Assembly: GCA_035559535.1 (NCBI GenBank) | Contig: DATMBG010000058.1 | Coordinates: 310,001 to 333,494, forward strand | Direction of reading: 5' to 3' | DNA: 23,494 nt | DNA from: Candidatus Limnocylindrales bacterium | Lineage (GTDB): Bacteria; Moduliflexota; Moduliflexia; Moduliflexales; JAUQPW01 | Part shown: piece by piece, positions 17,552 through 23,494 of the stretch | How the letters are laid out: the number at the start of each line of letters is the position of its first letter | How positions within the stretch are numbered: position 1 is the stretch's first letter | Notes under the pieces: model-generated | What the model was told of the DNA's origin: nothing | Seen by the model: only the letters and a program-made list of their open reading frames with translations | The model's database searches: none | Position numbers and translations under genes: made by a program

Positions 17552-17749
17552 CTTATCTTTACCCACATTTTTCGATTTGGGAGGATGGGCTCAAAACGGT
17601 TAGTAGGTCAACCATCCCGGTTGACCCACCTTGCAAAAAGAGGAATCTTTCCCTCACGAAGGAGATTCAATGCATTTCGCTACTCAACCAGCAAGATAGC
17701 TAAACCAGTTATTAATCCCCTGAAATGAAAAAATGTGGGTAATGGTTAG
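17552..17749. mobile_element. Second MITE-like element (198 bp) nested in copy 2
   Basis: 27-bp imperfect TIR (22/27): CTTATCTTTACCCACATTTTTCGATTT / AAATGAAAAAATGTGGGTAATGGTTAG. Absent from copy 1. Confidence 0.72.
17603..17626 (+). repeat. GTAG-type REP hairpin inside the nested element
   Basis: GTAGGTCAACCATCCCGGTTGACC, stem GGTCAACC/GGTTGACC. Confidence 0.6.
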
Positions 17750-17866
17750 GGAGGGGGGACTAGGGGGTGTTCAGACAGAAAAAGTGACACCTACTAAATT
17801 GTTACAGTTACTTCTGGGGAGATGGTTCTCATTGATTTAGGCTTTTAAGGGGAATCTAGATGACTT

Positions 17867-18793
17867 ATGGGAAAAAATCTAGTCAAGAAAACAGACGAAA
17901 CTATCGATCCAACCAGAGACCAGAAAATTGGTTTCAAAGCGGCTTTATTGACCCTTTTCCTTTGTCTGCTGTGGGGTGGCAATGGGGTAGCAACAAAAAT
18001 CAGTCTTCAAGGAATCCCACCCCTGGCTTTGGCAGGATTTCGTTTCGGTTTGGGATTTATATGTATTGCCTTATGGGCTTTATGGACCCATACCCCCTTA
18101 CGGGTTCGATCTGGGGAACTCTATCCCCTGACCCTTGTTGGTCTTCTTTTTATCTTACAAATCAGCTTTTTAAATCTGGGTCTTGAGAGAACTCTGGTTA
18201 TTTACTCGACCACTATTTTTAGTATTTATCCTTTGATGATAGCTTTGCTGGCGCACTGTTTTATTCCCGGAGATCAACTGGTTATTCGAAATTTCCTGGG
18301 GTTTGTCATCGCTTTTTTGGGGATTATAGTTCTGTTCGTAGGAAAATTCCATCCGGAGAGCAGGAATTTATGGCTCGGAAATCTTTTTACCTTATTCAGC
18401 TCACTCTGTTTGAGTATCCTGTTTGTTTATACGAAAAAGATTATGCGAGGGATTAATCCTGTAAAGCTCCTTTTTTGGCAGATGGTCTATGGGGTTCCCG
18501 GTTTTTTCCTGTTAAGTTTCTTCCTGGAAAAGAGGTTAGATCCTTCTCTACTGACCTCCAAAGTCATTGGAGCGCTCTTATATCAGGGGGTCATAGTGGC
18601 AGGATTCTGTTTTATAGGTCGAAATCTTTTATTAAAACGTTATCCGGCCAGCAAACTCTCTGCTTTTTTCTTTACCAACCCTCTTTTTGGAATTATTTTA
18701 AGTGTTTTAATTTTGCATGAACCCATCACCCGGCAGCTTCTGGTGGGAGGTAGTTTAATAGCCTGTGGGATTTATCTGGCAAACTCCAGGTAA
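17867..18793 (+). CDS. DMT/EamA family transporter
   Basis: About 10 TMs in two repeats; LLWGGN..ATKISL..PPL.LAG.RF; P..GIILSVLILHEPIT. Confidence 0.92.
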   Translation: MGKNLVKKTDETIDPTRDQKIGFKAALLTLFLCLLWGGNGVATKISLQGIPPLALAGFRFGLGFICIALWALWTHTPLRVRSGELYPLTLVGLLFILQISFLNLGLERTLVIYSTTIFSIYPLMIALLAHCFIPGDQLVIRNFLGFVIAFLGIIVLFVGKFHPESRNLWLGNLFTLFSSLCLSILFVYTKKIMRGINPVKLLFWQMVYGVPGFFLLSFFLEKRLDPSLLTSKVIGALLYQGVIVAGFCFIGRNLLLKRYPASKLSAFFFTNPLFGIILSVLILHEPITRQLLVGGSLIACGIYLANSR

Positions 18794-18832
18794 AGGGAGA
18801 ATAAAATTAAGATCCAGCGTAGAATCAAAGAT

Positions 18833-19798
18833 ATGCAGGGAAAATTTAGAAAAATCCTATTTATGGGAACCCCTGAATTTGCGGTTCCCAGTTTAGAACG
18901 ACTTATCGAGCAGGGCTTCAAGCCTATAGCCGTGGTAACGCAACCTGATCGGCCTAGAGGCCGTGGTCAGAAGGTGCTTCCTTCTCCTGTAAAAGTAAAG
19001 GCTGAGGCCCATAGGATTAAGGTTTTACAGCCGGAAAAAATCCGGTCCCCGGAGGTACAGCAGGTTCTGGCAGAATTAGCCCCGGATCTTATTGTAGTTG
19101 TAGCTTATGGACAAATCTTGCCGGAATCAATTTTGAAAATTCCGCCTTATGGCTGTATCAACGTTCATGCCTCTTTACTGCCCAGGTATCGCGGAGCTGC
19201 TCCGATCCAATGGGCTATCATAAATGGGGAGACGGAGACCGGGGTTACGACCATGCTCATGGATAAAGGGATGGATACAGGACCTATTCTTTTACAAGAA
19301 CGTGTTCCTATTGAACCGGAAGATACGGCCGGAAGCTTGCAGGATAAACTGGCCCTTCGAGGTGCCGATTTGCTCCTTCGAACTCTCCGGGCTCTGGAAG
19401 AGGGCACCCTTCATCCTCAACCCCAGGATCCCTCCCAGGCTACCTATGCTCCTTTATTGAAGAAGGAGGATGGATTATTGGACTGGAGGGATTCTGCCCA
19501 GCGGATCCATTGTAAAGTTCGAGGGTTAAATCCATGGCCCGGAGCCTATACCTATTTTAATGGAAAAATCTTGAAAATTTGGAAGACCCTTCTGGTTCCC
19601 CATTATGTAGATGAAACAGCTTCTCCGCCGGGGACTATTCTGGAAATCCGAAAGGGAGAAGGACCCTTGATAAAAACCGGTGAGGGGTGTATTATACTAA
19701 CAGAATTACAGCCTGAGAATCGTCGTATCATGACCGGCGAGGAGTTTTGTCGGGGATATCGGATTACTCCAGGAATTATATTGGGAGGTAAGATATGA
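18833..19798 (+). CDS. fmt: Methionyl-tRNA formyltransferase
   Basis: [54 protein letters not shown]. Confidence 0.97.
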   Translation: MQGKFRKILFMGTPEFAVPSLERLIEQGFKPIAVVTQPDRPRGRGQKVLPSPVKVKAEAHRIKVLQPEKIRSPEVQQVLAELAPDLIVVVAYGQILPESILKIPPYGCINVHASLLPRYRGAAPIQWAIINGETETGVTTMLMDKGMDTGPILLQERVPIEPEDTAGSLQDKLALRGADLLLRTLRALEEGTLHPQPQDPSQATYAPLLKKEDGLLDWRDSAQRIHCKVRGLNPWPGAYTYFNGKILKIWKTLLVPHYVDETASPPGTILEIRKGEGPLIKTGEGCIILTELQPENRRIMTGEEFCRGYRITPGIILGGKI

Positions 19799-20676
19799 GT
19801 AATGTATTTAAAACCGCTTTACTGATGGCGGGGTTGGCGATCTTGTTGATGTTTATCGGTGGCCTTGTAGGGGGAAGGCAGGGAGTTATCGTAGCCTTTA
19901 TCTTTTCCCTGGCAATGAATTTCTTCTCCTATTGGTTCAGCGATAAGATAGTTCTGAGTCTTTATGGGGCGCGGGAAGTAGGCCCACAGGAAGCTCCAGA
20001 ACTTTATGATATTGTCCGTAACCTTGCAATCAAAGCAGGCCTTCCCATGCCTCGAGTTTATATTATTCCATCAGATACACCCAATGCCTTTGCTACCGGG
20101 CGAAATCCTGACCATGCCGTTGTTGCGGCCACAGAAGGAATTTTAAGGATCCTGAATCGACAAGAGTTAGAAGGTGTTTTGGGTCATGAATTGGCCCATG
20201 TGAAGAATCGAGATATCCTTACCAGCACCATTGCGGCTACCATGGCCTCGGCTATTTTCTTCTTGGCCGACATGGCTCGATGGGGTTTTATGTTCGGTGG
20301 ATTTTCCCGGGATGATGAGGACCGGGGGGCCGGAGGTGCCATAGCTTCTCTTTTAATGATTATCCTGGCTCCCATCGCCGCCATGCTTATTCAAATGGCC
20401 ATCTCCCGCTCACGGGAATATGGAGCCGATGAAGATGGAGCCATGATCAGCGGTCGACCTTTAGCCCTTGCCAGTGCGCTCAGGAATATTGAAACGGCTG
20501 TGTATCGGCGTCCTATGCTTGAAGCGTCTCCAACAACGGCCCATTTATTCATTATTAACCCTCTCAAAAGTTTGAAGGGGGACGGGCTTTTCTCTCTCTT
20601 CAGTACCCATCCGCCAACTGAAAAGCGTATTGAAAGGTTAGAACAGATAGCCCGACAGATGGGGCAAATAGGCTAA
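19795..20676 (+). CDS. htpX: Zinc metalloprotease HtpX
   Basis: [15 protein letters not shown] (HExxH), [20 protein letters not shown] overlap with fmt. Confidence 0.96.
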   Translation: MSNVFKTALLMAGLAILLMFIGGLVGGRQGVIVAFIFSLAMNFFSYWFSDKIVLSLYGAREVGPQEAPELYDIVRNLAIKAGLPMPRVYIIPSDTPNAFATGRNPDHAVVAATEGILRILNRQELEGVLGHELAHVKNRDILTSTIAATMASAIFFLADMARWGFMFGGFSRDDEDRGAGGAIASLLMIILAPIAAMLIQMAISRSREYGADEDGAMISGRPLALASALRNIETAVYRRPMLEASPTTAHLFIINPLKSLKGDGLFSLFSTHPPTEKRIERLEQIARQMGQIG

Positions 20677-20704
20677 GAGAGTAATCAATAAAGAGGATGG
20701 AGCG

Positions 20705-21211
20705 GTGGATTACCGCTTATTTGTACGGCTACTTCACATGACCATGTCCCAGTCAGTAGAGCGTGTCAAAGCCTATTTTAAGGATCGTGGAATTCCAATA
20801 GAAGTTGTTGAATTTAAGGAAGAAACACGTACGGCTCAAATGGCAGCCGATGCCATTGGTACTGAGGTTAAAAATATTGTAAAGTCCCTCATCTTTGAAG
20901 CCGATGGACAACCCATCCTGGTCCTCTGTTCCGGAGATAAGAAGGTAGATACTGCCAAACTAGCCCGTTTGCAAGGAGTAAAGAAAATCAATAAGGCCGA
21001 TGCCGATTTTGTTTTGGAAAAAACCGGGTTCGTAATCGGAGGTGTTCCCCCGGTAGCCCATAAAGAAAAATTAACGGTTTACATAGACCAGAATTTGATG
21101 TCCTGTGATCGTCTCTATGCAGCCGCTGGAACTCCCAGGACCCTCTTTGCCATAGATCCTCAGTTACTCCGGCAGGTAACCGGAGGTCTTGTCTGCAATG
21201 TGACCGTTTAG
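20705..21211 (+). CDS. YbaK/EbsC/ProX aminoacyl-tRNA deacylase family protein
   Basis: TAQMAADAIG..IVKSLIF, TGFVIGGVPP, YAAAG. Start may be ATG 20738 or 20744. Confidence 0.9.
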   Translation: MDYRLFVRLLHMTMSQSVERVKAYFKDRGIPIEVVEFKEETRTAQMAADAIGTEVKNIVKSLIFEADGQPILVLCSGDKKVDTAKLARLQGVKKINKADADFVLEKTGFVIGGVPPVAHKEKLTVYIDQNLMSCDRLYAAAGTPRTLFAIDPQLLRQVTGGLVCNVTV

Positions 21212-21221
21212 TGCACACGAA

Positions 21222-22307
21222 ATGCCTTGTAAATCCAAAAAAATTTGTTTCCCGTCGACCTTCTTAGTTCTCTTCACCATTTTTTTTAGCCTCTCCAGGT
21301 TGCCGGATAATTCTGCTCAAGAAGAAATACTTTTCAGTGATGATTTCGAGAAAGGAAATGCAGCCGAATGGCAAATCATTAGTGGAACCTGGGAAGTTAA
21401 AGACGGTCGTTTTCATCAGACTTCCACCGAAGGAAACTGGCTGGATGCCATTGTAGGAAAGGAGAGTTGGCTAGATTATCAGTTCGAAGCCAAAGGACGG
21501 GCTTTAAAAAAAGGAAATATCGGTATTATTTTTCGGTGTAATGCTGACCGGAGCAAGTTTTATTATTTTGGCTTTGCCGGTGCCGGAAAACAGTTGGCCA
21601 TTATCCGGTATGAAAACGGAGACTGGACCCGACAGGTGGAGGTCAGCCAGGAGATAGAGGTAAACCGAGACTACCTGTTTAAAGTGATCCTTACAGGAAA
21701 TCAGGTGAGGGCCTTTCTCGATGGGGAAGAGATTTTTAATTATTTTGATATAAATTACCGGGCCGGGAAGGTAGGCCTCCACACCCGGGCCATTCCGGCG
21801 TCCTTCGATGAGGTTAAAGTCTTCAGGATTTCTACCTCCCTTATTCAATCAGGTATGGATGCCTACGAAGTAACCAATGCGGAATTTAAAAGATTTATAG
21901 AAGCCGGCGGTTATGAAAATCCAGATTACTGGTCTCCGATAGGCTGGAGGAGTATTCAAGAAAATCCCAGAAAATATCCGGCCCTTTGGGAACAGGGTGA
22001 TTATAACCGACCGGAGGATCCTGTGGTCGGAGTAACCTGGTATGAAAGTGAGGCCTATTGCCAATGGGCGGGTAAGCGCCTGCCTACCGACAAGGAATGG
22101 TTTTCTGCCTGCGAACAGGGAGAGATTCAGAAAAGTAGGAATATCTGGGAATGGACCGCCACCCGGGAACTGGGTATGGGAATTCTTCGAGGCTTTGACG
22201 ACCAGGCCCCACAACGGGCAGATTCCCACTTTACTTTACAGTGTGGAGCCAGAACCTACGGGATCGCTTCAGATGCCTCCTGGGGATTCCGATGTATCCG
22301 TAAATAG
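21222..22307 (+). CDS. Exported protein: DUF1080-like beta-sandwich + compact FGE-sulfatase (SUMF1)-type domain
   Basis: Signal-like N-terminus; LFSDDFE.G...W..ISGTW.V.DG..GKVGL...FDEVKV; YEVTNAEF, PVVGVTWYESEAYCQWAGKRLPT..EW, NIWEW, GFRC. Confidence 0.8.
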   Translation: MPCKSKKICFPSTFLVLFTIFFSLSRLPDNSAQEEILFSDDFEKGNAAEWQIISGTWEVKDGRFHQTSTEGNWLDAIVGKESWLDYQFEAKGRALKKGNIGIIFRCNADRSKFYYFGFAGAGKQLAIIRYENGDWTRQVEVSQEIEVNRDYLFKVILTGNQVRAFLDGEEIFNYFDINYRAGKVGLHTRAIPASFDEVKVFRISTSLIQSGMDAYEVTNAEFKRFIEAGGYENPDYWSPIGWRSIQENPRKYPALWEQGDYNRPEDPVVGVTWYESEAYCQWAGKRLPTDKEWFSACEQGEIQKSRNIWEWTATRELGMGILRGFDDQAPQRADSHFTLQCGARTYGIASDASWGFRCIRK

Positions 22308-22347
22308 AAAGCATGAAATATAAAATCTGTGGAGAAGGTAAATACTT

Positions 22348-22402
22348 AAAGAAAAACACGCATCAACAAGCTCATCAGACCCGGCTTCACCTGCTGATGC
22401 GT
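22348..22402 (-). terminator. Probable intrinsic terminator of the small membrane-protein gene
   Basis: Minus-strand stem ACGCATCAGCAGGT / GCTTGTTGATGCGT (with G-U pairs) followed by GTTTTTCTTT, 32 nt after the stop. Confidence 0.55.
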
Positions 22403-22434
22403 TTTGCCGGAGCAGGAATACCCGGATAAAATTA

Positions 22435-22584
22435 TCAGACAGGTCCCCGGCTTCCCGTAAAAAGTTGGATAAGTCCAACGATAATCGCCAACAAAAGCAG
22501 AATATGAACAAAAGCGCCGGCTACCTTAAAAACCAATCCCAGTATCCAAAAAATAAGCAATATAAGGGCAATCGTCCAAAGCAT
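22435..22584 (-). CDS. 49-aa small membrane protein, lmo0937/DUF5670-like (not in ORF track)
   Basis: Hand translation MLWTIALILLIFWILGLVFKVAGAFVHILLLLAIIVGLIQLFTGSRGPV*. Strong SD AAAGGAGG 6 nt before ATG. Confidence 0.88.
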   Translation of the reverse strand: MLWTIALILLIFWILGLVFKVAGAFVHILLLLAIIVGLIQLFTGSRGPV

Positions 22585-22627
22585 AAGAAACCTCCTTTCA
22601 ATAATTTGATTTAAAAGTGCCTGCTCC

Positions 22628-22753
22628 CCTCATTCCCCTGTTAAAACATCGCCTAAACTGTAGGAGTAGCCCTTTGCGGCTGCCCTGTTAAAGGCGATCA
22701 CCCCGAGGTCGCCTTGCAGTTATGCGACATTTCTATTCAAATGGGGTATGAGG
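22628..22753. repeat. REPIN/MITE-like composite: outer imperfect inverted repeat enclosing two inverted GTAG-type REPs
   Basis: CCTCATTCCCC..TCGCCTAAACTGTAGG versus CCTTGCAGTTATGCGA..GGGGTATGAGG. Inner hairpins GTAGGAGTAGCC..GGCTGCCC and AAGGCGATC..GGTCGCCTT. Confidence 0.55.
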
Positions 22754-22913
22754 CTTCTGATTTGATAAATAAGCAAACTTTAAGCCACTATAGGAAAAAA
22801 CATAAAGAGATAGGAAATATCTCGATAATTCCCTAAAGGGTAAATTTTTAAGTTTGGTAAAAAGGGTCAAAATTTACCTCTTTCAAGGGTTTATTTCACA
22901 GGAGAGAGGAAAA

Positions 22914-23225
22914 TTGCAATACCTTTATTTAACGACCCGGGGGCGGCGGACCGGCCTGCCCAGGGAAATTGAGATCTGGTTTACCGAGTTAAATGGGCGC
23001 TATTATATTATTGCCGAACGTAGAGAGAATGCCCAATGGGTGAAAAATATTCGGCAAGATGCCCGGGTAGTATTTCGGGTGGGAGAGCAGACTTACAAGG
23101 GTCATGCCCGCATAGTGGAAGCCGACCAGGAACCAAACCTCTGTGCCCGGGTCCGAAGGCTCTCAGAGGCAAAATATGGATGGGGAGATGGGCTTATCGT
23201 GGAGTTGACTCCGGAATCGGAGTAA
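22914..23225 (+). CDS. Deazaflavin-dependent nitroreductase (DDN)/split beta-barrel oxidoreductase family protein
   Basis: LYLTTRGRRTGLPREIEIWF, AQWVKNI, AKYG. Start set at TTG 22914 after GGAGAGAGG. Confidence 0.85.
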   Translation: MQYLYLTTRGRRTGLPREIEIWFTELNGRYYIIAERRENAQWVKNIRQDARVVFRVGEQTYKGHARIVEADQEPNLCARVRRLSEAKYGWGDGLIVELTPESE

Positions 23226-23237
23226 AACATCTCCCTT

Positions 23238-23263
23238 CTAGGGAGCGCAGAGGTCTCGCCTGC
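23238..23263 (+). repeat. REP-like palindrome, family A copy 2 (degenerate)
   Basis: CTAGGGAGCGCAGAGGTCTCGCCTGC, 21/26 to the reverse complement of 671-696. Confidence 0.55.
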
Positions 23264-23322
23264 CCAAGGCTACCCTATTTCAGATAGGGGAATAAACTGG
23301 CCAGAGAGGAGAAGAGGATCTT

Positions 23323-23493
23323 CTAGGTTCTAGATTGTTGAGCCGGCAGTATTATAGTAAAAGTACTTCCTTTTCCCGGTACACTGCGAGCCGTAATCTC
23401 CCCCTTGTGCCGCTTGACAATCTTCTGACAAATCGCCAACCCCATCCCCGTCCCCTCAAACTCATGACGACCCTGTAAACGTTGAAACGGCTT
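23323..23493 (-). CDS. Sensor histidine kinase, C-terminal HATPase_c fragment (cut by the window edge; not in ORF track)
   Basis: Hand translation [56 protein letters not shown], showing F and G2 boxes. Confidence 0.92.
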   Translation of the reverse strand, partial: KPFQRLQGRHEFEGTGMGLAICQKIVKRHKGEITARSVPGKGSTFTIILPAQQSRT

Positions 23494-23494
23494 G

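Larger units (their letters stand above)
17490..17811. mobile_element. MITE-like element, copy 2, interrupted by a nested element
   Basis: 13-bp perfect TIR GTAACTGTAACAA / TTGTTACAGTTAC, extending to AGTAGGTG / CACCTACT. Flanking 9-mers TTTTGGGGG / TTCTGGGGA (7/9). Shares the exact 22-mer AGAAAAAGTGACACCTACTAAA with copy 1. Confidence 0.82.

Noticed and set aside
17399-17728. 109-aa ORF across the MITE, considered as a transposase remnant
   Set aside because: It runs from AT-rich promoter DNA through repeat sequence with no transposase motif.
21850-22307. Diversity-generating retroelement
   Set aside because: No reverse transcriptase, Avd or template repeat is visible in the window.
22358-22402. 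Hammerhead ribozyme
   Set aside because: GAAG instead of GAAA, and only 6 nt where stems I and III and the cleavage site should be.
22269-22511. 80-aa minus-strand ORF from the track
   Set aside because: It is an alternative frame overlapping the better-supported 49-aa gene (22435-22584) and its terminator.
1-23494. CRISPR array, tRNA, rRNA, integrase or prophage
   Set aside because: No regularly spaced direct repeats, RNA-gene signatures or phage/integrase ORFs were seen.

Overview
Moderate-GC chromosomal window from a diderm bacterium (it carries lpxC). It is mostly housekeeping and metabolic genes. In order: a stand-alone response regulator behind a sigma54-type promoter; a membrane protein with DUF4145/HEPN-like, degenerate nucleotide-cyclase, TM and CsgG/FlgT-like parts; GNAT + OSBS/NSAR + YHS + class II aldolase + lpxC; an HNH nuclease; a minus-strand MoxR/DUF58/BatA-VWA operon; rsmB-cbiB; a GT-C/YfhO-like membrane protein; EamA-fmt-htpX-ybaK-(DUF1080/FGE-like); a 49-aa lmo0937-like membrane protein missed by the ORF track; a DDN-like oxidoreductase; and the 3' end of a histidine kinase. 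The intergenic DNA is unusually structured. Two copies of a MITE-like element with GTAAC..GTTAC-type ends and apparent 9-bp target duplications both sit 16-17 bp upstream of a TTGACA -35 box in the same orientation, and one copy carries a nested second element. There are also several REP-like palindrome families and long hairpins over translation starts. No transposase, integrase, RT, CRISPR array, tRNA or rRNA was seen. All family assignments come from motif recognition by eye, not database searches.
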